DNA from: Eledone cirrhosa
Lineage: Eukaryota
Reading direction: 5' to 3'
Assembly (NCBI GenBank): GCA_964016885.1
Contig: OZ024743.1
Span: 31,186,001 to 31,250,000, forward strand
Length of the DNA stretch: 64,000 bases
Under the pieces are notes generated by a model. The model saw only the letters and a program-made list of their open reading frames with translations, made no database searches and was not told the DNA's origin. Position numbers and translations under genes: made by a program. Numbering within the stretch: position 1 is the first letter of the stretch; the number at the start of each line of letters is the position of its first letter. Of the stretch, positions 39,164-51,829 are shown piece by piece.

Positions 39164-41198
39164 CGTATGTGTGTGTGTCTGTGTGTGCCTGCGTGTGTAT
39201 ACGTAATCACTAATACCATAACAGATTTAAATTATATGCTTATGCTTCCGCGTTGTATAATCGAACAAGGGCCTATTTCAATGAAGTTAAAATCATTGCC
39301 CCCTCAGACCCAAGGAATCAAGTTCATACTCGTAATTGTATTGCATGCAGACTGATCAATATTAATTCGCAACAACATAAAACCAAGCATCATCATCGTT
39401 ATATTCATCATCACTATCATCGCCATCATCATCATTAACATCATCATCGTCATCATTGTATCATCATCAACATCACCATCATCTCACTCATATTTCCCCC
39501 ACACATAATTCCTTAAAATAGTACTAAACATCATCGTCTTTAGTAACACCACCCTCTTCTTACACATCATCACTACCTCTGAATGTACCATCCTTTTTCT
39601 TTCCTTTCCATGGCTTCGCTATTACCATAACAATAACTGAAATAATATCGATAACAACTGCAGTAACTTCTGTAACATATATAGGCCTGATAGTGATTCC
39701 ATTTAATAACCAGTTTCGACTGTTTCATTGGAATGTTTAATAAATATCGAATCAGTTTCAGTGTACGCAGCGACATTACCAGATGTGGTTTGTAAAGTGT
39801 GATGCAATATACAGTTCAATCTATAGATACGTACAGGAATGTTTTAGTTTTCAGCTCTTTCTCTAATTTTAATTAAACTCTTATTTTATTAAGATAATTT
39901 TCTTAGGATACATTTCGGAAGAAAAAGTGCTGTTTCGTTTCTGAATTAATCAAGAATAATAATATGGGTGAGATTCAGTGCAAAATGTTGATGACACATA
40001 TGACAACTTAAATGTACAAATAGCAATGTTCTATTTCGTTATAAGAAAAAAAAAATGAAAATGTTAATTTAAAATTAATTGCTTCTGCAATTACGAAAAT
40101 ATCATTATGCCCCTAAATTGTAATGGAAAAAGTTTAATGCAGAAACTTTGAATTTTATGCAAAGAATACATGATATATGTATTCTAGTATATGACCCATT
40201 TTTTCACAAAAAGTTAACGTGATATTTTTTATTGAATAATAACTATTATATCCAGAAGAATTAATTTATAGAATAGTGACATAATTTGGAACAGAAAATA
40301 TTCGTGAAATAAAACGAAATGCGTAGTCCCTATATTTTAATAGAGAGAAAATAGATGTACGTTTCAACAATCTGTAATTCAAGCAATCTCTATACTGATT
40401 ACATGTTTGTAGATATTCTAATTCATATCATTGTGGTGCCTGTGACGTTCTATTGATTTAATAATTCGACTTTGAATTGCAAATATCTTTAGCTTAAAAC
40501 TATTTCCAACTCTATTGTCAATAAGACACAGTTTACCATGATGTAGAGTGATAAATATAAAGTTTCGATAAGCGCTGCAATTGCCATGACGAATATACTT
40601 CATAACAAGGAATCTACAACTTAACGTAAAAAGCAGGTATGTATCTGAAGCTTGCAAACTACGCCCTGCATTAACGCCAACATCTTTCTTTCATTTCTCA
40701 GTGTTATTTACAAATATCACTGTATAATGTCTACGGTTTCAACAACTACTAGTTTTCACAGTGTTCATACTAATTCGCAAATTCATTTTATACTTTGAAC
40801 AATATTTTAATGTGTATGAAATTTTGCGACATTCAGCCGCAATTTGCAGTTGAATATATATCTAGGAAAATATGTATATAAATAGACACGTTAAACTCCT
40901 AAACATATAAAATGCTCGTATTTACTTGGAAATTGGAAAGCAAATTAGGAATTCTCTTAAACTATATATACATAAACAATTAAGTTAAAAATGTACATCC
41001 ACATATGTATACTGAAATACTAGTATGCATATGAATACACACACGTGTACATATGTAGATGTACCGAGTTTTTCACTGGACACTTTACTGTGAGTGTCCA
41101 GCTATTCTGTATGTAAACACACAGACAAACCGGTTTTTAGAGTCATACTGGTTTTCGAGGAAACACCTTTCCTCTATTCTCCAGAAAGCCAGACAAGG

Positions 41199-41243
41199 AA
41201 TATTGGACTAGTTTCGATGTTGTTACATCTCATCAGCAATATT
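41199..41243 (-). ncRNA. Type I hammerhead ribozyme
   Basis: Reverse complement of AATATTG-CTGATGA-GATG TAACAA CATC-GAAA-CTAG-TC^CAATATT. Confidence 0.9.
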
Positions 41244-41664
41244 TACCTATCTTCCGCCCTTTCTAGAGAATCGTAAAAGCACATATCGTTATATGCTTTT
41301 TCTATGAAAATTAGTAGTGGGCAGACTAATTTGCATAGAGCGTGAGTACGTACCGGTTCAGCGGAGACGATAAAAACAAATAACGAAACGAAATTAAATT
41401 TCGTTTCGTTTGTAACTCACTTTTGTATGACTGACGCTTAAACAATTAAGTTAAAAATGTACATCCACATATGTATACTGAAATACTAGTATGCATATGA
41501 ATACACACACGTGTACATATGTAGATGTACCGAGTTTTTCACTGGACACTTTACTGTGAGTGTCCAGCTATTCTGTATGTAAACACACAGACAAACCGGT
41601 TTTTAGAGTCATACTGGTTTTCGAGGAAACACCTTTCCTCTATTCTCCAGAAAGCCAGACAAGG

Positions 41665-41709
41665 AATATTGGACTAGTTTCGATGTTGTTACATCTCATC
41701 AGCAATATT
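41665..41709 (-). ncRNA. Type I hammerhead ribozyme
   Basis: Identical copy, 466 bp downstream. Confidence 0.9.
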
Positions 41710-42130
41710 TACCTATCTTCCGCCCTTTCTAGAGAATCGTAAAAGCACATATCGTTATATGCTTTTTCTATGAAAATTAGTAGTGGGCAGACTAATTTGC
41801 ATAGAGCGTGAGTACGTACCGGTTCAGCGGAGACGATAAAAACAAATAACGAAACGAAATTAAATTTCGTTTCGTTTGTAACTCACTTTTGTATGACTGA
41901 CGCTTAAACAATTAAGTTAAAAATGTACATCCACATATGTATACTGAAATACTAGTATGCATATGAATACACACACGTGTACATATGTAGATGTACCGAG
42001 TTTTTCACTGGACACTTTACTGTGAGTGTCCAGCTATTCTGTATGTAAACACACAGACAAACCGGTTTTTAGAGTCATACTGGTTTTCGAGGAAACACCT
42101 TTCCTCTATTCTCCAGAAAGCCAGACAAGG

Positions 42131-42175
42131 AATATTGGACTAGTTTCGATGTTGTTACATCTCATCAGCAATATT
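42131..42175 (-). ncRNA. Type I hammerhead ribozyme
   Basis: Identical copy. Confidence 0.9.
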
Positions 42176-42596
42176 TACCTATCTTCCGCCCTTTCTAGAG
42201 AATCGTAAAAGCACATATCGTTATATGCTTTTTCTATGAAAATTAGTAGTGGGCAGACTAATTTGCATAGAGCGTGAGTACGTACCGGTTCAGCGGAGAC
42301 GATAAAAACAAATAACGAAACGAAATTAAATTTCGTTTCGTTTGTAACTCACTTTTGTATGACTGACGCTTAAACAATTAAGTTAAAAATGTACATCCAC
42401 ATATGTATACTGAAATACTAGTATGCATATGAATACACACACGTGTACATATGTAGATGTACCGAGTTTTTCACTGGACACTTTACTGTGAGTGTCCAGC
42501 TATTCTGTATGTAAACACACAGACAAACCGGTTTTTAGAGTCATACTGGTTTTCGAGGAAACACCTTTCCTCTATTCTCCAGAAAGCCAGACAAGG

Positions 42597-42641
42597 AATA
42601 TTGGACTAGTTTCGATGTTGTTACATCTCATCAGCAATATT
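42597..42641 (-). ncRNA. Type I hammerhead ribozyme
   Basis: Identical copy. Confidence 0.9.
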
Positions 42642-43135
42642 TACCTATCTTCCGCCCTTTCTAGAGAATCGTAAAAGCACATATCGTTATATGCTTTTTC
42701 TATGAAAATTAGTAGTGGGCAGACTAATTTGCATAGAGCGTGAGTACGTACCGGTTCAGCGGAGACGATAAAAACAAATAACGAAACGAAATTAAATTTC
42801 GTTTCGTTTGTAACTCACTTTTGTATGACTGACGCTTAAACAATTAAGTTAAAAATGTACATCCACATATGTATACTGAAATACTAGTATGCATATGAAT
42901 ACACACACGTGTACATATGTAGGTGTCCAGTGAAAAACTCGGTACATCTACATATGTACACGTGTGTGTATTCATATGCATACTAGTATTTCAGTATACA
43001 TATGTGGATGTACATTTTTAACTTAATTGTTTAAGCGTCAGTCATACAAAAGTGAGTTACAAACGAAACGAAATTTAATTTCGTTTCGTTATTTGTTTTT
43101 ATCGTCTCCGCTGAACCGGTACGTACTCACGCTCT

Positions 43136-43143
43136 ATGCAAAT
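43136..43143 (+). promoter_or_regulatory. Octamer ATGCAAAT in each full 466-bp unit (also 43602, 44068, 44547 on +; 41329, 41795, 42261, 42727 on -)
   Basis: Exact octamer ~90 bp upstream of the hammerhead, conserved in the diverged unit at 184; function inferred. Confidence 0.5.
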
Positions 43144-43228
43144 TAGTCTGCCCACTACTAATTTTCATAGAAAAAGCATATAACGATATGTGCTTTTACG
43201 ATTCTCTAGAAAGGGCGGAAGATAGGTA

Positions 43229-43273
43229 AATATTGCTGATGAGATGTAACAACATCGAAACTAGTCCAATATT
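43229..43273 (+). ncRNA. Type I hammerhead ribozyme
   Basis: Stem I AATATTG/CAATATT; CTGATGA 43236-43242; stem II GATG/CATC with loop TAACAA; GAAA 43257-43260; minimal stem III with palindromic ACTAGT; GUC cleavage after 43266. Confidence 0.92.
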
Positions 43274-43694
43274 CCTTGTCTGGCTTTCTGGAGAATAGAG
43301 GAAAGGTGTTTCCTCGAAAACCAGTATGACTCTAAAAACCGGTTTGTCTGTGTGTTTACATACAGAATAGCTGGACACTCACAGTAAAGTGTCCAGTGAA
43401 AAACTCGGTACATCTACATATGTACACGTGTGTGTATTCATATGCATACTAGTATTTCAGTATACATATGTGGATGTACATTTTTAACTTAATTGTTTAA
43501 GCGTCAGTCATACAAAAGTGAGTTACAAACGAAACGAAATTTAATTTCGTTTCGTTATTTGTTTTTATCGTCTCCGCTGAACCGGTACGTACTCACGCTC
43601 TATGCAAATTAGTCTGCCCACTACTAATTTTCATAGAAAAAGCATATAACGATATGTGCTTTTACGATTCTCTAGAAAGGGCGGAAGATAGGTA

Positions 43695-43739
43695 AATATT
43701 GCTGATGAGATGTAACAACATCGAAACTAGTCCAATATT
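43695..43739 (+). ncRNA. Type I hammerhead ribozyme
   Basis: Identical copy. Confidence 0.9.
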
Positions 43740-44160
43740 CCTTGTCTGGCTTTCTGGAGAATAGAGGAAAGGTGTTTCCTCGAAAACCAGTATGACTCTA
43801 AAAACCGGTTTGTCTGTGTGTTTACATACAGAATAGCTGGACACTCACAGTAAAGTGTCCAGTGAAAAACTCGGTACATCTACATATGTACACGTGTGTG
43901 TATTCATATGCATACTAGTATTTCAGTATACATATGTGGATGTACATTTTTAACTTAATTGTTTAAGCGTCAGTCATACAAAAGTGAGTTACAAACGAAA
44001 CGAAATTTAATTTCGTTTCGTTATTTGTTTTTATCGTCTCCGCTGAACCGGTACGTACTCACGCTCTATGCAAATTAGTCTGCCCACTACTAATTTTCAT
44101 AGAAAAAGCATATAACGATATGTGCTTTTACGATTCTCTAGAAAGGGCGGAAGATAGGTA

Positions 44161-44205
44161 AATATTGCTGATGAGATGTAACAACATCGAAACTAGTCCA
44201 ATATT
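44161..44205 (+). ncRNA. Type I hammerhead ribozyme
   Basis: Identical copy. Confidence 0.9.
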
Positions 44206-44639
44206 CCTTGTCTGGCTTTCTGGAGAATAGAGGAAAGGTGTTTCCTCGAAAACCAGTATGACTCTAAAAACCGGTTTGTCTGTGTGTTTACATACAGAAT
44301 AGCTGGACACTCACAGTAAAGTGTCCAGTGAAAAACTCGGTACATCTACATATGTACACGTGTGTGTATTCATATGCATACTAGTATTTCAGTATACATA
44401 TGTGGATGTACATTTTTAACTTAATTTTTTAACTTAATTGTTTAAGCGTCAGTCATACAAAAGTGAGTTACAAACGAAACGAAATTTAATTTCGTTTCGT
44501 TATTTGTTTTTATCGTCTCCGCTGAACCGGTACGTACTCACGCTCTATGCAAATTAGTCTGCCCACTACTAATTTTCATAGAAAAAGCATATAACGATAT
44601 GTGCTTTTACGATTCTCTAGAAAGGGCGGAAGATAGGTA

Positions 44640-44684
44640 AATATTGCTGATGAGATGTAACAACATCGAAACTAGTCCAATATT
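44640..44684 (+). ncRNA. Type I hammerhead ribozyme
   Basis: Identical copy; spacing is 479 bp because of the 13-bp duplication. Confidence 0.9.
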
Positions 44685-45045
44685 CCTTGTCTGGCTTTCT
44701 GGAGAATAGAGGAAAGGTGTTTCCTCGAAAACCAGTATGACTCTAAAAACCGGTTTGTCTGTGTGTTTACATACAGAATAGCTGGACACTCACAGTAAAG
44801 TGTCCAGTGAAAAACTCGGTACATCTACATATGTACACGTGTGTGTATTCATATGCATACTAGTATTTCAGTATACATATGTGGATGTACATTTTTAACT
44901 TAATTGTTTAAGCGTCAGTCATACAAAAGTGAGTTACAAACGAAACGAAATTTAATTTCGTTTCGTTATTTGTTTTTATATATACATATATATATATATA
45001 TATACATATACACACCCACACACACACACACACACCCACACACAC

Positions 45046-45154
<109 letters not shown>

Positions 45155-46247
45155 TATTAAAATAACAGATTAAAGTATAAGGAAAGAATCGCTGCTTCAA
45201 TTCATCTTCTAATTTCGATGGATATTCTTAAATATTTATTAGTTTTTAATAGCATAAAGCTGTATATTAACATCCAGTTCCATGTTCCACCATCATCATT
45301 AGAGCATCGGGACAATGTACTTGTTCCACAACTTTATGTTGTGTATAGAAATCCCATCAAAGTCCAGTGTTTTCTTCATCCTTCCCAGGTTAATAAAGTA
45401 CCAGTGAATTAATGAAATATAAGCGACAATGCCACCTCCATAAAATTGCTGGTATTGTGTTAAATTAGAAACCATTAGTGTCATTGTAGCTTAGCAGGCC
45501 ATTAATTCGATTCTCGTTTTAGCATTTCATGGTAATAGCAGTTGGTGTTGCAAAGGCAAGCATTTCTTTATACATCGCATGTTAAGGAAAGAAAAACACT
45601 TATTTTTCTTTCTAACTGAAGAGATTGGATGAGAAGGATATCAATCGGTCAAACTTCTCATGCAAGCGTATATCAGATTAATTTAATGTGTTGTATATTC
45701 ACTAAAAAATGTACATTTAATCGATACAATCTAAATATCATAAGACCATCTTCCATGCCTTCTAATCATCTAAATATTTTCACAAATAAATGTGGTCAGT
45801 TGAAGCAAGCATTGATCAATAACCTTGTTCATAGACATGAAAAATAAATAACGTACGCTGGCAATGATAATCCTATCAAAATACTGTCCTATTTAACATT
45901 CCTCACTGGAGGATGGAAAGTAAATAACTTATCTATGCATACTAACATATTTTTTTCTTTTTATGTGGCATCACTTCAAATCGTCTGATATTACTGTACA
46001 GGCTGCCAACTTTATTCCATAGTTTCTTCCAACTATAGTTTCGTACACACATACAATCTCCGTCAATTTTTCCAAGGAAATGTTCCCTTGGGTCTCACCA
46101 GAACGGTCCAAATAGCGATAAACCTATTTTGTTAACCAATTCACACATATATAAAGATACTCCACGCATATACATGATTACACGTGTACATAAGCATCTA
46201 TGTATGTTTCTATACAAAGTAGCTCACTCCCTCCCCCACTCTCTCTC

Positions 46248-46319
<72 letters not shown>

Positions 46320-46972
46320 CGTATGTGTGTGAGTGTGTGTGTGTGTATATAAATGTATGTATGTGGAGATAAACAGAGAAAGAGAGGGGAGAAAAGGGAT
46401 AAGGTGGATAATTTAAAACTGTCAGAAACTATGATTTCAGTTTCGAAACCATTGCTCGATATCTTGGTCATATATATTCAGAAAGGTGTTTCATTGACGC
46501 ATGTGTTTCTTAGTGAAGACCGGTAATTGATTTATGTATGATTTTCGTTAAGAAAAAATATTATTTTCTTTGAGAGCGAGGTTACCATATGTTCATTGTA
46601 TATATACATATTGTATATACACACCGATTATCCTTCAACGCTATCTTAATACAACTTCCAGTTAATTATAATCACTCAAGTTCATATTATATGCAAATGA
46701 GAATTTCCAGCCAATATTGACTATTTGCTATATGCAAACGATCATCTCGCAAAACCTATACGAATTTTAGTCTATTCCCATGTTAGTACCAACAAAGTGA
46801 ATTTTAATGAAAAATTCTTGCAAATCTCGAAACAAGGCTGTCTGATATTCCCAAGCGGTGCGGACGTTTCATAGACAAGCAGCATTTCTCCTTTGATAGA
46901 GAAGGTACCATACGTTTGTTGTATATGAATATATAGTATATGATTTTATACATACATACATACACACACAAG

Positions 46973-47082
<110 letters not shown>

Positions 47083-47186
47083 TATAAATATTTAGGTTCT
47101 CGACATATGTCGGGTGAGTATACACAAATAAATGTACTCAATACATTGATTATAGGCATCTTCATTATATCTAGAAATGACTCATT

Positions 47187-47266
47187 CAGGACTAGAACTG
47201 TTTCATTCGTGAAACATCGTCAGGGCTTCTTGACGATTTCTCACGAATGAAACAGTTCTAGTGCTG
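47187..47266. repeat. Small inverted pair of degenerate hammerhead-like cores
   Basis: ACTAGAACTGTTTCATTCGTGA..ATCGTCA pairs with TGACGAT..TCACGAATGAAACAGTTCTAGT. Minus strand CTGACGA..GAAAC..GTC; stem I is lost at the centre. Confidence 0.55.
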
Positions 47267-47275
47267 TAGAAGCGC

Positions 47276-47353
<78 letters not shown>

Positions 47354-47744
47354 GTATATACATATATTTATATATTTATATATAGGTGTGTGTGGGTGGA
47401 TGCATATGTATATATATATATATATATATATAAATATAGCTAGATATAGCGATGAACTTAATTATGTACACACACATACACTCCGATTTCTTTGAAAACT
47501 TAGTCAACTGTACTTATATAGTGACAGAAAGGACATCAAGTATGAAAGAAAGTAGAATTCTCTTGAAATACCATGGATCAAGAGCATGGTAATCGCATGA
47601 AATTTAAAACGTAAATCAACATCTCAAAACATTACTCAATTAAATTATTTTCACGTATTTCTCTATTTCTTTAAACATTTACTATTTATTAACTAAATAT
47701 TTCCATGCCATAAAGAGGGAAAATTACACACTCACCACACCCCA

Positions 47745-47776
<32 letters not shown>

Positions 47777-47835
47777 CACATACACACGCGCGCGCTCGTG
47801 CGCACACATACATATATATCTATATATATATATAT

Positions 47836-47921
<86 letters not shown>

Positions 47922-49280
47922 ATTAGAATATGCATGCCATTCTTATTGATTGCGAATTGTCAAACCCTATCAACTACTATAATGGGATGATGTGAGGCTA
48001 CAAACTTGCCCGTACACTCTCTGGGCTCTATGCTGCTGCATTGCACTGTATAACCTTCGAAGTCAGCACCTCACATATCATCAAAGTACGCTTCAGATAT
48101 TATGGCGATAATTTTTACAATCAACTCTTGTCCAAGACGAATATACTACATGACGTGATAAGGAAGGCCCAGTATATTAATGTCATCGCCTTTTTCTGCA
48201 ATGATCGCATTGCTCTACGGAAGCTTTTATCTGCGTATAACACAGTTTCATTGAAAATGGACCTCTGAATCAACATTAAGAAGTCTGAACATATGTGTGT
48301 CAGGATGTACCTGATGATCTACTCTTTGTTTTACTATTATGTGTTTTCCATGGATATTCTCTTAAATCCACAGGTCCCCTCCGCATAACACCAAATGACA
48401 TAACAACACTGATCGTTTCTCGTGACTCTTTGGCATTAACACGTGACAAAGAATATTTTGCAGTAATACCTCTTTATTTGCCAAATACATGTTAATGTCA
48501 GTAAAAATATGCATATTACTTCATCGGATTAATTTGATACAGGCCTGAGGTGTTAGTGGAATCCTCAGTTAGTGTTTTAATATGGGACCGGCACATATTT
48601 AAGCGATTGATGAAATAGTTTAAGTAGTTGAAGAATACATTCTTTTGTACAAAATCTTCCAGTATGATTTCATTGGTGACTAATACATACGAAACATCTA
48701 AGGAACTGAAAATCAAAATCGACCCAAATTTATTATCGATTTATTTAAGGCTCTTAAAGTCCCCTTGATACATACACACCAAGGTGAAATTATTATTTTT
48801 GATTTATTTAATAGTGTATTCCCCTTCAATACCGACATTGTGCCTGTTCCAATACAGAACAACATGATGATGATGATGATGATCAATCATATTAACAGAA
48901 AGAAAATTAAATAAAGTTCTAACAATCACACGCTATGATATTTTATATTTGATTAATATGTCTAATATACACATAATGAGTGTGAGATTGTGTGACATTC
49001 TCGCCTTTCTCAATTCTATTACTGACAAAATAGCAGTAAGTTGATTCCCGATGTGGGGAGCCTATGCGACGGAAGATTAACTCTTCACTATTTTATTGTA
49101 TTTAGTAACATTTCAAATTAATTACCGACCTTACGTGCTGTATGGTGAGTAAATGATTTAGCCACAAGCAGCTTAGGTAAATCTAATTGACGCCGATTGT
49201 AAGACTATATGAAACACAGATACACTTATACAGCAGGACACGCATAAATAAAACTATAGACACACATATACATAGACCTT

Positions 49281-49395
<115 letters not shown>

Positions 49396-50149
49396 GTGTG
49401 TGCGTGTGTGTAAGAAACCTGAGATATAAACAAACATACTTGTATAGGCACGCGAATCTGTATATTTGCGTATATCAAATGTTATGCCTCTAGGACTTAA
49501 AAAATACTTACATTTGACATTTAACATCGCAAATGCAATGATCTAAAGTGTTTATCATTTTATGTTAAGTGTTGGTAACAAATTAGGAATGATTGACAAT
49601 CCAACGCATTTCGATAACGAAGAGAAACTTTATTTGAATCATTCTAAACTACTCTGTAAATACATTAAGGAAATCGAATGTCAAACCAATCATATGGTCA
49701 TTTCTTTCATCCTGGAGTCTACGTTTTGTATTTGATCTCCGTTTTACCAAACTTGGTGATGAACTTTTTAACATACAATACATTACAATGTCTGCCCATT
49801 GGTGTTTATAACAGGCTATATTCGTATACATACGCAAATCATTTTTGCTTATGGGTAACATGTATATTTGAAAAGAGACTACGATCTTTTGCTGTATAGT
49901 ATCTTGGTGAAAACTATATTAATATACGCCTTGAAGCAGTGAAAAACAGCACTTGATGCAAAAGAAGCATCAGTAAATTATATAATTTAACCATCAGTTG
50001 GTATATCAATTTTTCCTTACACCCAGTATAAAAGATTGTTTGTCGCAGCTGCCGTTATTCGCTCTTCCTGTCGTGCCATAGGTTCTGCTGGGGTTTCGTT
50101 TAACAGAATGCCAAGATGAATTCTTGAAAAATAACTCCTCACAATATAG

Positions 50150-51100
50150 ATTCATATGATTGCTGTAAATTCTGCGGTTAGTTAGCCATTATTCGTTGAC
50201 CGCAAATAAGAGCAATTGTCCAGTCGGCTGAGCTCAACTTTCTTCCAAATGACCAGCATAGTATCCCGGTCACTTGCCCTGAAGTTACTCAGAATCCAGC
50301 CAACCAGCCATCTGCACATTGCTGTCATTTTGATGATGCCTCCACCAAACGATACATCATTGCTCATGTCAATAAACAGGTCCCTTATTGATTTGGCCAC
50401 AGTGATTTTGAATACTTCTGGTTCAGTGTAGCATTACCCTTGTTATCTTGTGTTTTCGGGTTGATAGCGGAGGGCTTGAAAGTTACCGGTGTCAAAGTGA
50501 ATATCGTTGACCTCAGCCCATATATATATAGCATTCAAATCTTGTTTTTAGAGATTAGAATCAGTTGGATTCTTGGTTGCATGTGTTACTTTCGAGTCAT
50601 CAGCTTAGCTATTGAGCGAGTCTGTCTGTAATACGGAGGCCATATTCGAGGATTCCTCCAGAAATAGCAGTTGATAATGTTTTTGAGTGGGCCCATTTGG
50701 GTGCAATAATCTGTGGCTTTTGTCGTTGAAGAATTCATGAAGTCATTTATATTAGTTTTGCAGCTATGCCGAAACAACGTAGTTTGTTACATATCGGTCC
50801 GTGACCAACCTTGTCGAAGGTGTTTGCAAATTCAGGATAAATTACAACCATGTTTGAACGGTCTAGAGGTGGTTTCAGTTCCATTCCATAATTCTATTTG
50901 AGCTGTATAAGGCAAAAACCATGTTGGGCGTCATTTTCCAGGCCAGTTTGCTCTAGGAAAGTGATCATTTTGCTCCTGACGATCCGTTGCATATAGAGTA
51001 AAGTCAGGAGAAGTCGTCTGTAGCTTTTAGTATCCGCTCTGATTCCAACTATGCCGAAACAACGTAGTTTGTTTCATATCATTCCATGACCAAACTTACG
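50150..51100 (-). mobile_element. CR1/L2-like LINE RT fragment, heavily decayed
   Basis: Minus strand AQHGF, VVIYPEFANTFDKVGHG (DFxKAFDKVxH-like), WILSNFRASDRDTMLVIWKKVELSRLDNCSYL. Confidence 0.6.
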
Positions 51101-51702
51101 GAGCAAACGTAAACATTATGGTTTGTATTGTTATCATGAAATGCTCAAGTTGCATGGTGACACCGTGCGGTGCGATACTATTGATCCTGTTTTGCTTAGG
51201 GATCTCCTCCTGAATCCGATTCCATTTAGATTTGTATACGTTTAGGTGGGATAAAAACATTCTGTTGGCTGCATATCTACAGTCAACCTTGGACTAAATA
51301 ATTTTTATTCCACTAAGTTACGATCAGTGAAAATCATGGGTGTTATATTCACATAGTGTATTGCCACCGCTTATTAATGGAGGAGGTCCGGGACAATATT
51401 TTGTCTTCGTGTGTGTAGCACTTTTGTATCATGAACAGTCTGTGTGTAAGACCAGGCAGTGTTTCTGTCTGTCTTTGTTCACGGGCTGTAATTTCTGAGA
51501 GAAGATGGCATTCGGACCATTTGACTTTGGGGAGGTAAAAGTCTCCAAGCAGTACTATGTTGAGACTGTAATCTAGATAGGGTATTGTATTTTTCCACCT
51601 TTCTAAGGCTATATATGCAGCTAGTTATACACACGTACACGTACACACATACTCATAGAGACACGCACACAGACACACAGACACAGACTCACAGACACAC
51701 AG

Positions 51703-51829
<127 letters not shown>

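Larger units (their letters stand above)
40973..44979. mobile_element. Palindromic tandem array of 466-bp hammerhead-containing units (retrozyme-like): left arm 40973-42922 (~4.2 units, ribozyme on minus), right arm 42923-44979 (~4.4 units, ribozyme on plus)
   Basis: Unit starts at 40973, 41439, 41905, 42371, 42837; orientation flips at 42922/42923; 13-bp duplication near 44414-44430; flanked by TATATATACATA at 40963-40974 and 44977-44988. Confidence 0.92.

Noticed and set aside
41094-44789. Eight identical 60-aa ORFs (MSSYSVCKHTDK...) in the array
   Set aside because: GTG start, antisense to the ribozyme, no recognisable domain; identity simply reflects the repeat.
40973-44979. CRISPR array or Helentron/MITE interpretation of the 466-bp array
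   Set aside because: No unique spacers, no cas genes, eukaryotic context. A TTTT + hairpin motif resembles a Helentron 5' end, but no matching 3' subterminal repeat was found and the intact, covarying hammerhead explains the unit better.
45280-45560. Faint Tc1/mariner-like peptide traces (also near 59340-59550)
   Set aside because: Too degenerate to support without a profile search.
50585-50606. Minus-strand CTGATGA-CTC-GAAA
   Set aside because: Only 3 nt between the core boxes, so no stem II; lies inside a CR1-like fragment.
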